Positions 38,601-48,848 of a DNA stretch of 64,000 nt are shown one piece after another. Location: the NCBI GenBank assembly GCA_038326365.1, contig JBBQJY010000001.1:12128-76127 (forward strand), written 5' to 3'. Below the pieces are notes generated by a model. It made no database searches. It had not been told where the DNA came from and saw only the letters and a list, made by a program, of their open reading frames with translations. The position numbers and the translations under genes are program-made. Within the stretch, counting starts at the first letter, position 1; the number at the start of each line of letters is the position of its first letter. The stretch comes from Candidatus Curtissbacteria bacterium (lineage in GTDB: Bacteria > Patescibacteriota > Microgenomatia > Curtissbacterales > GWA2-41-24).

Positions 38601-40193
38601 CTATCTAGTTAAGAGAGCGCCTGCTCCGGTGAGACTCGTAACTGGACCAATGGCCGCTGCAGCACCGCCTAATAGCAACATCAAAATCATTAGCCATTTA
38701 TAATCTTTCTTGGCCCAGTTGACTAACTTTTCTAATTTACTTCCATGTTTTTCTGCTAAGATTTTAGCCTCGTTGGAATTTACAACGCGATCAGCGATCA
38801 TCCTATAAACGTCTGGGTGTCTGGCAGCAATACGGGGCAATTCTTTCGAGCTCACACCACCATTTATCATTTTGTCCGCAAATCCCGAAGCGAAAAATGC
38901 TCTTTCTTCAAAAGATGTTTTTTGTCCTGGATCCATGATTTTCTGCTTCACATCGTCAAAGTCTAAACTCGTCAAATCAGACCGTTCCGATATTTGCTCT
39001 AAATATCTTGCTTGTTCCTCAGGATTCATAGCACCATATTCGTTCCAAGATTTTCGATCCAAAGTTTCGATGCTTGCCGTCGAACCAGCTGCTTTTCCTT
39101 CCCTATCCCTTGCCAATTTAATTGCATCTTCTTCCGCCTTTAATGTTTTCTTTGATTCGGCTAACGCATTGGCCAGTTGGTTTCTTTCTCGTGAAAGATC
39201 CGCCAAAGATTTCGGGTCTGCTCCAGAGGCCCTTGCAGCCGCAATATCAGTGTCTTTATCCCTCAATTTAGAAGTTAGATCTATTGTGCTGCGATCTGCC
39301 GCAAGGCGCCTCCTGTCTAGGCTCGCGACAGACAGGGTTGCCCTTTGTTCGTCGTCAGCCTCTTTGTCAAGCCTATTCCTCTCAACCTCCTCTTTAGCCT
39401 TTAAAGCATCAGAAGCTTCGCCCCACATTTGAGATAAAGCAGTTTTCTGCGCTTCATATATAGCTTTTTCTTGTCTTGTTGCTCTAACTGCTGGGGGTGT
39501 TCTATTTAATTTATTCCATTCGTCATAAATAGCATTCGTTCTTTCGTGCAACATATCGATAGGGAGAGCTTCTAGCTCTTGAAGCCGTCGTTCGGTTTCT
39601 TGAACCGCATCTTGTTGTCGTTGTTCCTCATCAAGCCTTTTTTCTTCGGGAAGTTTTCTGTCGTATACGGACTTAGCTTCACTAAACCTAAACTCTGCGC
39701 CTTTAACTTGATCGTTTAAAACACGTTGATCGCCAGGGCTTCTCCCAGCAGTTATTGCATCACCTAAAGCCTTTTTCTTGGCGGCGAGCTCCTCGTTTAG
39801 GTTTTGTACGTCTTGGGCAAGCTCACTGAAAGGTTTACCTGAATAAACCTTTACTCTTTCCCGACTTTCATCGTCAATATGCCTTACAGCTGCGCTGGCA
39901 AGGTTTTCACCAGCTCTGATTCTTGCGTCTGCTTCAGCCAAAACCGTTTCTTCGCTGGGGCTCAAAGAGGTGGTAGCCCTTTTTGCTTCAAGCGTGCTTT
40001 TTTTATATACATCTTCGGAACCTGCCCTAGCGATATATTCGAGCGCTTCGTTAGATGATTGAAACTGTCCGACAACTTTGGCCATCGCCAGCTCCCGGGT
40101 ATCAATGGGTGTGCCCTTTTTAGCAGCTTGTTCAGCGGCAGTTTTTTGTTGTGAATCTAAAAAATTACTATAGTCTTCGTTAGATCCTGGCAT
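38601..40193 (-). CDS. Coiled-coil protein with C-terminal membrane anchor
   Basis: Ala/Glu/Arg-rich heptads throughout, C-terminal WLMILMLLLGGAAAAIG. Confidence 0.75.
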   Translation of the reverse strand: MPGSNEDYSNFLDSQQKTAAEQAAKKGTPIDTRELAMAKVVGQFQSSNEALEYIARAGSEDVYKKSTLEAKRATTSLSPSEETVLAEADARIRAGENLASAAVRHIDDESRERVKVYSGKPFSELAQDVQNLNEELAAKKKALGDAITAGRSPGDQRVLNDQVKGAEFRFSEAKSVYDRKLPEEKRLDEEQRQQDAVQETERRLQELEALPIDMLHERTNAIYDEWNKLNRTPPAVRATRQEKAIYEAQKTALSQMWGEASDALKAKEEVERNRLDKEADDEQRATLSVASLDRRRLAADRSTIDLTSKLRDKDTDIAAARASGADPKSLADLSRERNQLANALAESKKTLKAEEDAIKLARDREGKAAGSTASIETLDRKSWNEYGAMNPEEQARYLEQISERSDLTSLDFDDVKQKIMDPGQKTSFEERAFFASGFADKMINGGVSSKELPRIAARHPDVYRMIADRVVNSNEAKILAEKHGSKLEKLVNWAKKDYKWLMILMLLLGGAAAAIGPVTSLTGAGALLTR

Positions 40194-40195
40194 AT

Positions 40196-40627
40196 TTAAC
40201 TTTCATTGCTTGCAAGTTTGTCCATATAGACAAAAAGCCTGTCTTGATTATTTTGTAGTAAACTTTGAAATTCGTCTGGAGTTACTTGTAAATTTAAAAC
40301 ATCTTGGTTGAAAATTGCCTGAACTTCCTCTGGCGAAAAACCAACAGCCACGAAGCGCTCAAATACAGTTTTCTCACCTTCTTCGAAAGGGTCTTTCCAC
40401 CCTTCTGGCAGTTCTTTGGCCGGAATCAACACTTCTTGTTCAAAGCGGTCTTTGTTATCCTGGAGAAACTTCACAAAGCTAGAAGCATATACTTTTGCAC
40501 TCAAGAGGTCCGGAGAAAATTTAGACATTTCTTCCTCACCTGCACCTAGGGCTTTTAGACGATCACCCACAGAAGCTGGCTGGTCCCCAAAAGCATCGAT
40601 TACTTCATTAATTGATATTGATTTCAT
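40196..40627 (-). CDS. Hypothetical acidic protein built of two internal repeats
   Basis: Likely start MKSISINE at 40627. Internal duplication of about 52 aa. Confidence 0.7.
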   Translation of the reverse strand: MKSISINEVIDAFGDQPASVGDRLKALGAGEEEMSKFSPDLLSAKVYASSFVKFLQDNKDRFEQEVLIPAKELPEGWKDPFEEGEKTVFERFVAVGFSPEEVQAIFNQDVLNLQVTPDEFQSLLQNNQDRLFVYMDKLASNES

Positions 40628-40976
40628 CGGCAGTTTCAGCAATCGCACTATTGGCAATATTCTTAGCTGACTCCATGTCTCCTGCGTCTATTGCGGCCAA
40701 TGCATTTTTGTAAGCATTCACCTCATGAGCTCGCAAGATTTCAGCCTTTACTCTATTATACAAAATTTCAAAAGATGGGTGTTCTCTTGCCAATATTTCG
40801 TAAAAACCAACTACTGTTTTCTCGTGTTTTTCAATTTCGCTCACAGCCACAAGCGTTTCTCGTGCAATCTGCTGAGCAGCCTCAACTGTCAATCCACCAC
40901 TATTTAACCCTGAAATTACTTGGCCCAAAACCTCTTTTTCTACTCTTGCTTTTAGTGATACTTCCGTTTGTTGCAT
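40608..40976 (-). CDS. Hypothetical helical protein
   Basis: Likely start MQQTEV at 40976. First gene of a three-gene minus-strand operon. Confidence 0.65.
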   Translation of the reverse strand: MQQTEVSLKARVEKEVLGQVISGLNSGGLTVEAAQQIARETLVAVSEIEKHEKTVVGFYEILAREHPSFEILYNRVKAEILRAHEVNAYKNALAAIDAGDMESAKNIANSAIAETADEININ

Positions 40977-41043
40977 CTCTTTCAACCATACACCGATTTG
41001 TTTGCGCATATCAACTGAATTTGGTAATATTACAAAACTTTAT

Positions 41044-41757
41044 ATGGAGCAAATACCACTAGCCGCTGCGCCTAGAACAGTTTTAGGCAGAAAAGTCAAA
41101 AATTTAAGAAGCGAAGGAATTATTCCTGCGCACGTTTTTGGCAATAAAATTGAATCGGTTCACGTACAGGTCAACGGAAAAGAATTTCATAAAGTTTTTG
41201 AAAAGGTCGGCGAAACCGGCATCATCGCTTTAACTATCGAAGGTCAACAGAAGCCGGTTTTGGTACGCGAAACTCAGATTAATCCGGTTACGGACGAACT
41301 TATTCACATAGATTTCTATCAGGTTAACTTGCAAGAAAAAGTTAAGGTAAACGTTCCAATCGAAATAATTGGAGAGTCTCCCGCCGAAGAAAAGAAAATT
41401 GGACTACTTCTAACTCCAATCGCCGAAATCGAAGTCGAAGCTCTTCCCGGCGATCTTCCGGAAAGTATCGAGGTAGACGTCACCGCGCTTGTCGAAATTG
41501 GCGATGAAATCAAAGTTAAAGATCTTAAAATCGACCGCACTAAAATCGAACTTTTAGCAGACGAAGAGCAAACGGTCGCCTCAATTGGAGATCTTGTAAC
41601 CAAGGAAATGGAAGAGCTCGAAGCGGCTGCTGAAGCCGAAGCGGCCGAAACTGTTGAAGGCGCCGCACCCGCAGAGGGCACAGCAGAAGGCGAGGAAGCG
41701 ACCGAAGACGATAATGCATCTTCAGACGAAAAGCCCCAAGAGGAAAAATCCAAGTAG
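41044..41757 (+). CDS. rplY: 50S ribosomal protein L25 / general stress protein Ctc
   Basis: RTVLGRKVKNLRSEGIIPAHVFG, IHIDFYQV, LPESIEVDV and an acidic tail. Start reassigned to ATG 41044. Confidence 0.95.
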   Translation: MEQIPLAAAPRTVLGRKVKNLRSEGIIPAHVFGNKIESVHVQVNGKEFHKVFEKVGETGIIALTIEGQQKPVLVRETQINPVTDELIHIDFYQVNLQEKVKVNVPIEIIGESPAEEKKIGLLLTPIAEIEVEALPGDLPESIEVDVTALVEIGDEIKVKDLKIDRTKIELLADEEQTVASIGDLVTKEMEELEAAAEAEAAETVEGAAPAEGTAEGEEATEDDNASSDEKPQEEKSK

Positions 41758-41784
41758 GACTCCAATCATATATCCATCGAAATC

Positions 41785-41821
41785 TTGCGGTAATTATTGC
41801 GGCAATATTGCGGTAATTATT
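41785..41821. repeat. Three tandem 11-12 bp repeats between convergent rplY and valS
   Basis: TTGCGGTAATTA TTGCGGCAATA TTGCGGTAATTA TT. Confidence 0.85.
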
Positions 41822-43895
41822 TGGATGCTATTGGCCAGTCTTCCAATAGAATACTCTTCTTCTTAACTTCAAATTGTTGATAGATTTCCTCAGTTAAAAA
41901 CGGCATAAACGGATGTAATAATATTAGGCTCTGTTTTAAAACATACTCAAGCGTTGGTTGAGCTTCTACTCTTCTCTCTTTTGACTCCTCAATATATTTA
42001 TCTGCAAATTTGTGCCAAATAAATTCATATAACTCATCGACTGCCAAATGCAGTTCTAAATTGTCCAAATACTTTGTAACCTTCCGACTCAAGTTTTCAA
42101 GTTCTGCCATAATCCAATCGTCTTCACCGGCTTTAAAATCCCCATTAGGACTAAAATCTGGTTTTAGCTCTAATATGAAACGAGAAACGTTTCGTATCTT
42201 TGTCGCAAAGTTTCTAAAGTTTTTACCTCGTTCATCAAGGATCGACTTTGAAACACGCCCGTCCCGTCCGGGAATTGAATATGTATAAAGAGCCATTCTC
42301 GTCGCATCCACTCCCCAACTACTAATTAAGTATTGCGGCTCAATTCCGTTACCTAGCGATTTTGAAAACTTCCTGCCCTCCATATCCCTCAGCATTCCAT
42401 GAAAGAACATTGTTTTAAATGGAATTTTGCCAGTGAAATAGATCGAAAGCATAATCATTCTGGCAATCCACAAATACTTAATCTCAGGTGCTGATATCTC
42501 GAAATCCCACGGAAAAACTTTTGCGAACAATTCGTTTTTATTAGGCCAACCCAAGGTAGACATTGGCCATAATCCCGAAGAAAACCAAGTATCTAAAACT
42601 TGCTCGTCTTGTTTCCATCCAGCGCCGGGCGATTCAAGTGCAACTTTTTTTTCATTATCTTTGTACCAAACTGGAATTCTATGTCCCCACCATAGGGATC
42701 TCGAAATACACCAATCGTGAATTTCGTTCATCCATTCAATCAAAATCTTCTTATAATTTTTTGGCAGGAAATTAATCAAGTCTTTGTTGACAGCCTTAAT
42801 TGCCTCCTTGGCAATATCCCCCATCTTCACAAACCATTCCTCAGATATCAGCGGCTCGACAACTGTCTTGCACCTTTCACAGACAGAAACATTATGAATA
42901 TAGTCTTCCTCTTTTACTAATATGCCTTCCATCTTAAGTTCGGGAATAATTGCCTCTCGGGCTTCTAAGACTTTCATACCAGCAAATTTTCCTGCAAGTT
43001 CAGTTAGTCTCCCCTCTTTATTGATTACTTGAATAATTGGCAAATTATGTCGCTTACCGATTTCGTAATCAGTAAAGTCGTGACCGGGAGTAACTTTGAT
43101 AACTCCTGTCCCGAAATTCGGGTCAACCGCTTCGTCCGCAATGACTCGCATTTTTTTTGAGCCAGCTAAAGTATTAATCTCAAATTCTTGCCCGACATAT
43201 TCTTTATATCTTTTGTCTTTGGGATTAACTGCCATTGCTGTATCGCCAAATTTGGTTTCAGGTCGGGCTGTTGCTAATGTTAGTGGCCCATACTTAAGGT
43301 AATAAAGCTTTTCTTTTCTCTCTTGATATTCCATCTCAACGTCTTCAATCGCTGTATTACATTTTGGACACCACTGTACAATATATGGACCTTTATAAAT
43401 TAATCCCTTGTCCCAAAAAGCTTTAAATTGATAAAACACCGCTTGTTTTGGTCGATCGTCCAAAGTGAAAACCTCCCGTGACCAATCCGCGCTTATCCCA
43501 AAAACTTTCCAAGTTTCATGAAACGATTTGTAAATTTCTTCGCGAAATTTCCATGCTTCTTCCAGCCATTTCTCTCTGCCCAAACTACGTTTGCTCTTAC
43601 CGTCTTTTGTAAGTTTCTTATCCAACGTTCCTTCAAACTGAATGCCTGCATGGTCGACTCCCGGCAACAGTAATACTTCAAACCCCTGAAGGCGTCGATA
43701 TCTACTAACAGAATCCATAATAACGTGTTGTAGTGCATGTCCAAGATGCAGTTCGCCTGTTAAATTCGGCGGAGGCATCAGTAAAGAATAAATTTTGCGA
43801 AGACCTTTTTCATCAAAAGAAAGCAATTTTTCTTTTTCCCAAAAAGAGTAAATATCCTTTTCGTATTTAAGTATTTTTTTAACATTCATTGTCAT
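41817..43895 (-). CDS. valS: Valine--tRNA ligase (short form without the C-terminal coiled-coil arm)
   Basis: PPPNLTGELHLGH, PGVDHAGI, DWCISRSLWWGHRIP, DTWFSSGLWP and KFSKSLGN. Confidence 0.96.
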   Translation of the reverse strand: MTMNVKKILKYEKDIYSFWEKEKLLSFDEKGLRKIYSLLMPPPNLTGELHLGHALQHVIMDSVSRYRRLQGFEVLLLPGVDHAGIQFEGTLDKKLTKDGKSKRSLGREKWLEEAWKFREEIYKSFHETWKVFGISADWSREVFTLDDRPKQAVFYQFKAFWDKGLIYKGPYIVQWCPKCNTAIEDVEMEYQERKEKLYYLKYGPLTLATARPETKFGDTAMAVNPKDKRYKEYVGQEFEINTLAGSKKMRVIADEAVDPNFGTGVIKVTPGHDFTDYEIGKRHNLPIIQVINKEGRLTELAGKFAGMKVLEAREAIIPELKMEGILVKEEDYIHNVSVCERCKTVVEPLISEEWFVKMGDIAKEAIKAVNKDLINFLPKNYKKILIEWMNEIHDWCISRSLWWGHRIPVWYKDNEKKVALESPGAGWKQDEQVLDTWFSSGLWPMSTLGWPNKNELFAKVFPWDFEISAPEIKYLWIARMIMLSIYFTGKIPFKTMFFHGMLRDMEGRKFSKSLGNGIEPQYLISSWGVDATRMALYTYSIPGRDGRVSKSILDERGKNFRNFATKIRNVSRFILELKPDFSPNGDFKAGEDDWIMAELENLSRKVTKYLDNLELHLAVDELYEFIWHKFADKYIEESKERRVEAQPTLEYVLKQSLILLHPFMPFLTEEIYQQFEVKKKSILLEDWPIASK

Positions 43896-44047
43896 TTTTT
43901 TGTCTCCCACCCTTTCACGTGACGGGAATTACTTTTAAAAATATTTTATTACCTCCCACGTGCAAAGAAACTGAAATTTGAGTCGGGTTGATAACTTTTT
44001 TCTCAATAGCATTTTCTCACATATCAGGTAGAATGCCAAAAAATATT

Positions 44048-45028
44048 TTAAAAATGAAGTCCAGGGTCGGCGACAAGAGATAAAGGTCCCACGTAACTTT
44101 TTGTAAAAAACGCTGCTGCTGCAATCATTGCCCCATTGTCCACAGCAAATATTTTTTTTGGGAAAAATACCTTAGCATTAATTTGTAGACCATCTTTTTC
44201 CATCATAGTTTTTAAAACTGAATTAGCAGCAACTCCCCCTCCTGCCACAATCGTTCTGGCATCATAATGTTTCGCAGCAGCGATCGTTTTTAAAACTAAA
44301 ACATCTACTACAGCACGCTGAAATTCAAAAGCAATTTTATCCCGATCCACCTCCAAATTATTGTCGACGAAATTGGCAACAGAAGTTTTAACTCCCGAAA
44401 ATGAAAAATCGAAATTTTGTTTTCTTACTAAGGATTTAGGAAAATCGAAATTATTATTAGCAACTACTTTTTTTGCAGCTTGTTCAATTTTGGGTCCACC
44501 AGGATAACCGAGACCTAATTTCTTAGCAACTTTATCAAATGCTTCTCCGGCAGCATCGTCTAGTGTTGAACCGAGTAGTTCAAAATCCCCATGATCTTTC
44601 ATAAGGACCAAGTCAGTGTGCCCTCCCGAAACAACTAGCCCAATTAATGGAAATTCAGGGTATATATCAGCGTCTAACCATGAAGCATAAACATGTCCAA
44701 CCAAGTGGTTAACAGCTATTAACTTTTTATTCCACGCGAAAGCTAAAGCCTTTGCGCTTTCAACACCAACGAGCAATGAACCAATCAGCCCTGGTCCATA
44801 AGACACTGCAATTGCATCGATGTGGTCGATATCGTTTTCAACCGCCTTACTAATTAAAGGAACAATCACCTTAACCTGTTCTCTCGCAGCAACTTCTGGA
44901 ATGACTCCACCAAACCTTGCTTGCAGATCAGCAGAAGAGGCCAAAAAATTTTTTACAACATGAACCCCGTCTTTAACAATTGCCACGCCAGTCTCATCAC
45001 ATGTTGATTCAATACCCAAAATATTCAT
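44048..45028 (-). CDS. tsaD: tRNA N6-threonylcarbamoyladenosine synthase TsaD
   Basis: ILGIESTCDET, GGVIPE, GPGL, NHLVGH, SGGHT, DDAAGEAFDK and DNGAMIA. Confidence 0.97.
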   Translation of the reverse strand: MNILGIESTCDETGVAIVKDGVHVVKNFLASSADLQARFGGVIPEVAAREQVKVIVPLISKAVENDIDHIDAIAVSYGPGLIGSLLVGVESAKALAFAWNKKLIAVNHLVGHVYASWLDADIYPEFPLIGLVVSGGHTDLVLMKDHGDFELLGSTLDDAAGEAFDKVAKKLGLGYPGGPKIEQAAKKVVANNNFDFPKSLVRKQNFDFSFSGVKTSVANFVDNNLEVDRDKIAFEFQRAVVDVLVLKTIAAAKHYDARTIVAGGGVAANSVLKTMMEKDGLQINAKVFFPKKIFAVDNGAMIAAAAFFTKSYVGPLSLVADPGLHF

Positions 45029-45071
45029 AAGACTTTTGCTTAGTAAATCAAACTAAAGGGGTAAATAGCAA

Positions 45072-45581
45072 TTAAAATTCGGCGGTGTCCCCAACTTGAA
45101 TATTGTTAAGAGAAGTAATTCCCGCATTTGTTTCCAAGACATATCGAGATTCACCAGAGGGGGAGTATATCTTAAGATCCCGGTCTCGTTTACCAGGCTC
45201 AGGTGGCACGTTCTGGGCAATTTCTATGATCTTTTTGCTTTCGTCGAGCCACAAAATGTCAATCGCAAACTTCATATCCTTCATCCAAATTGCGTGTTGC
45301 GCGTTGGAATCAAACACAAAAAGCATCGCTGCATTCAGTGGTAAGCTGTCTCTTTTTGAAAGACCCTTTTTGCGATCCGCGTCGTTGTTCACAAGTATAG
45401 TGCTGAGTTTTAGATCTCTTATATTAACTAAAATCTGTCCACCGGAGGCAACATGTGCAGAATCGGTTGAACTACTTTGATTTCCGGAAGCAAAATTGAA
45501 TGCTGTGAAACCTCTACCAAAGATTAGCAGTAAAATTATGACCACAAACAAACCACCAATTACTGCCAAATCCTTTTTCAT
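45072..45581 (-). CDS. DUF192 family protein
   Basis: KGLSKRDSLP..AMLFVF..IWMKDMKFAIDILWLD..YVLETNAG, with an N-terminal anchor. Confidence 0.9.
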   Translation of the reverse strand: MKKDLAVIGGLFVVIILLLIFGRGFTAFNFASGNQSSSTDSAHVASGGQILVNIRDLKLSTILVNNDADRKKGLSKRDSLPLNAAMLFVFDSNAQHAIWMKDMKFAIDILWLDESKKIIEIAQNVPPEPGKRDRDLKIYSPSGESRYVLETNAGITSLNNIQVGDTAEF

Positions 45582-45592
45582 CTGATCTTATT

Positions 45593-47452
45593 TTAAACCC
45601 CGGTACCCACCAAGTAAACGGCTTGCCATGGGCGATAGTTAGAACGAAATGTATCATTTAGAATTAAATTCCTACCCCTATAAACTTTTCTACTAAAAAC
45701 ACTCGTAGCTCCCGCCGCCGCAAAATCCACTTGTTTTGTAACGCCTTTTGGAAGCGTTGGTTCGTCTTGATATTTTGGTTCTGGTGCTGGAACTATACTG
45801 GAAATAACAGGCTCTGTCAGCGAGACCGTCCTTCCATCGCGAGTCCCATAAATATCAACCTGTATCCGTGAATTAGCAGGATCAACATTTGACTGAACTA
45901 AAAGATAATGATCTGTGTCATTTTTAAACTGCAAATCGACGCTGGGAGAAAATATCGTCGCGTCCAAACCCGCTTTAAATCCATTCTGTTCATAATATCC
46001 AACACGATATGCATGTGCGGTTCTTTTTACAATCGGAAGGCCTGCATTCAATGCAGCGCGAAAAACAGTAGTGGAAACTTGGCAAATACCGCCACCGTCA
46101 TCCAAAACCGTCCTACCTTTATTAATAACATAAGCTTGCTTAAAACCTTGATCCTTGGAAACAGGACCTACTAAATTGTCAAAAGAAAATATATCTCCTG
46201 GTTTAATAAGCGTACCGTTTACTAAACTTGACCCAAGTCCGATATTGAACGCGCGATTCGGTATAGACCCAGCAAAGTAAGATACGCCACTGGCGATAAG
46301 CTCACGAATACCCATGGAATTGACTTCGCGATTTGCAATGTCAGCTTTTGTAACAGAAACAGGCAAAGCAATAGCTAAAGTCGAGTCGAGATTGCGATTC
46401 GCAACAGATAATTTTTCGAGTAAGAATTTTTTGGTAAGTGTTCTATCCAATTCTTGACCATCTTGAGCACTTTTAAACTCACTTACTTTTCCATTTTCAA
46501 ATTTTAAAGTTGCGTCTCTTTTTGGCTTATCTATTACTTTGGCAATACTTAATAAATATGAATCTGCTTTAAGCTCATCAATACCAACGTCTAAAATCTT
46601 GCCCTCCTCTGCTGCGACGTCCATTCGGACAATGGTTAGGCTTTGGTCACCGTATGAAGTTGTAATTAAACCTGATCTTGTGGATCCGATAGGCGAAAAA
46701 GTTAACAAATCAAATAATGATTTACCGGATAAAGTCCATTTATCTAAGCCAAAACTAAAATTAATCTGTGTCCTTAAAAGCTTGTTTGCTCGTTCAAGTG
46801 CGAGCTTGGCTCCATCATCGCCAACGTTTGCTGGTGCATCAAATATTTTCAAACTTATTTCATAATTACCTAAGTTCTCAATAGATCGTCGAACACTGGA
46901 ATAAAAGCTCTCTTTGTCAATATACTTTCCAGCTATTGCCGGTTTAATACTTGCACCATTCTGATCAAAAAATATTGACGCATCGGTTGGTGAGCTCTCC
47001 AAAAAAGAGAAACTCCGATTAATAGTCGATAAAAATTGCCCATAGTCTACGCTGTATGCGGCTCTAACACTTTTGCTTTTAAACAGCTGTATCGGGTTAA
47101 TTAAAAATTTGCTATTTCGTCCTGACTCGAAAATAGACTCAGCAGTTGCTTGTGCATCATAAGAAATGCCTAAATCCGCCATAGCCAAACTGATTTCTTC
47201 ATGACCTGTGTTAAACTTCAAATTAATATCTCCCGAATCCATATATCTACGATTTACATTGCTCAAAACCTCGTTACGAGTAAGACCCGCGTAATTTTTA
47301 CCTGCAAACACCACGTTGGGCAAAACATGATTGGAAAAATAAAAAAATGTACCTACCACGAGCAGAAGAAGGAAAAGGAAACCAGCCAAAACATATGGCA
47401 AAGCCGCTTTTTGGCGTAAAAATACCTTTTTGCTTTTCTTTTTTTTACCCAT
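45593..47452 (-). CDS. VanW family protein with PG-binding-4 repeats and G5-like tail
   Basis: NRAFNI..PGDIFSF, GGGICQVSTTVFRAAL, GLDATIF..DLQFKNDT, with an N-terminal TM. Confidence 0.9.
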   Translation of the reverse strand: MGKKKKSKKVFLRQKAALPYVLAGFLFLLLLVVGTFFYFSNHVLPNVVFAGKNYAGLTRNEVLSNVNRRYMDSGDINLKFNTGHEEISLAMADLGISYDAQATAESIFESGRNSKFLINPIQLFKSKSVRAAYSVDYGQFLSTINRSFSFLESSPTDASIFFDQNGASIKPAIAGKYIDKESFYSSVRRSIENLGNYEISLKIFDAPANVGDDGAKLALERANKLLRTQINFSFGLDKWTLSGKSLFDLLTFSPIGSTRSGLITTSYGDQSLTIVRMDVAAEEGKILDVGIDELKADSYLLSIAKVIDKPKRDATLKFENGKVSEFKSAQDGQELDRTLTKKFLLEKLSVANRNLDSTLAIALPVSVTKADIANREVNSMGIRELIASGVSYFAGSIPNRAFNIGLGSSLVNGTLIKPGDIFSFDNLVGPVSKDQGFKQAYVINKGRTVLDDGGGICQVSTTVFRAALNAGLPIVKRTAHAYRVGYYEQNGFKAGLDATIFSPSVDLQFKNDTDHYLLVQSNVDPANSRIQVDIYGTRDGRTVSLTEPVISSIVPAPEPKYQDEPTLPKGVTKQVDFAAAGATSVFSRKVYRGRNLILNDTFRSNYRPWQAVYLVGTGV

Positions 47453-47505
47453 AGATACACGGATTATGGCTTATGATATCATAGAAATGTAGAGACTAAA
47501 TTAGA

Positions 47506-48807
47506 ATGAAAACACGCCCATTTGCAAAGATTGCTCTCGTTTTATTTTTATCAATATTCTTAACTGCTTGCAAAGCCTTTCCAACTATTGGTGGAAGCAA
47601 ACAAGTGACCCTTAAATATTGGGGCCTTTGGGAATCGGCCAATGTAGTTAATCTGGTCATCAACGATTACAAAAAAGATCATCCAAATGTAAATATAGTC
47701 TACGAAAAGAAGAGCGTACAACAATATCGAGAGTCTTTAGATTCCCAAATTAATTCTGGCAAGGGTCCGGATATATTTACTTTTCATAATACTTGGGTGC
47801 CGATGTTAGCCTCAGACCTCTCTGAAATTCCGTCAAGCCTTATTTCCGCAAGCGATATAAAAAAAGATTATTACCCGATTGTCTATAACGATATGAGAAA
47901 TTCAGCTAAAAAATTTGTTGGATTGCCAACTGGCATAGACGGTATTGGCCTTTATTGGAATGAAGACATATTTAAAGCGGCTGGGATCAGCTCTCCACCC
48001 ACAACATGGCAAGAGCTGGCTCAGGATGCGGCTAAGCTCACAGTAAAAGGGCCCGATGGCAGCATCAGAACAGCAGGCGCAGCACTGGGAACCGCATCTA
48101 ATGTTGATCATTTTTCCGATGTACTTGGGTTAATGATTCTTCAAAACGGAGGCGATATCAAAAACCCCACAGACCAAAGGTCGGCCGATACTCTTGATTA
48201 CTATACCAAGTTTGCAAAGGGAGAAAACAGAGTTTGGGACGAAACTCAACCTGCCTCAACGACAGCATTTATCGGCGGTAATCTCGCTATGTATTTTGCT
48301 CCAAGTTGGCGGGTCGCAGATATTAAAGCAATTGCTCCTTCATTAAACTTCAAAATTGCTCCGGTCCCACAATTGGGAGATAGCAATAAGGTTTCATGGG
48401 CAAGTTATTGGGCAACAGGTGTATCTATAAAATCTACAAGCCAAGAAGAAGCTTGGAAATTTGTTAAATTCATGGAGGAGGACAAAAACCTTATCAAAGT
48501 TTATGACGAAGCTAGTAAAACTCAACAACGAATCTTCGGCCAACCGTACCCAAAAATTTCCCTAGCAAATACACTATCCAGCGACCCATACGTCGGTGCT
48601 TATATTACCGACGCACCTTACATGAAGTCGTTTTCAATGGCTTCAAGAACTTTTGACAGCGGCCTAAATGATCAAATAATTAAAGCCTACGAAGATGCGG
48701 TTAACAAAAGCTTGCAGGGGAATCCTTCAACAGAAGCTCTTAAAGTGACAGCTGATACTATTGCAAAAACATTAACCAAATTCACGTCCGCCCCCCCAGT
48801 TAAATAA
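47506..48807 (+). CDS. Extracellular solute-binding lipoprotein, family 1 (sugar-binding-like)
   Basis: Lipobox FLTAC, GPDIF, LYWNEDIFKAAGI..PPTTWQEL and AWKFVKFM. Confidence 0.88.
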   Translation: MKTRPFAKIALVLFLSIFLTACKAFPTIGGSKQVTLKYWGLWESANVVNLVINDYKKDHPNVNIVYEKKSVQQYRESLDSQINSGKGPDIFTFHNTWVPMLASDLSEIPSSLISASDIKKDYYPIVYNDMRNSAKKFVGLPTGIDGIGLYWNEDIFKAAGISSPPTTWQELAQDAAKLTVKGPDGSIRTAGAALGTASNVDHFSDVLGLMILQNGGDIKNPTDQRSADTLDYYTKFAKGENRVWDETQPASTTAFIGGNLAMYFAPSWRVADIKAIAPSLNFKIAPVPQLGDSNKVSWASYWATGVSIKSTSQEEAWKFVKFMEEDKNLIKVYDEASKTQQRIFGQPYPKISLANTLSSDPYVGAYITDAPYMKSFSMASRTFDSGLNDQIIKAYEDAVNKSLQGNPSTEALKVTADTIAKTLTKFTSAPPVK

Positions 48808-48848
48808 CCCGTTCTAATTTTCGCTAGCCTGCTGTATATTGCTCGGAC

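Noticed and set aside
43896-44040. T-box riboswitch upstream of valS
   Set aside because: The T-box consensus AAGGTGGTACCGCG/UGGN and stem I features are absent, and the region is too short.
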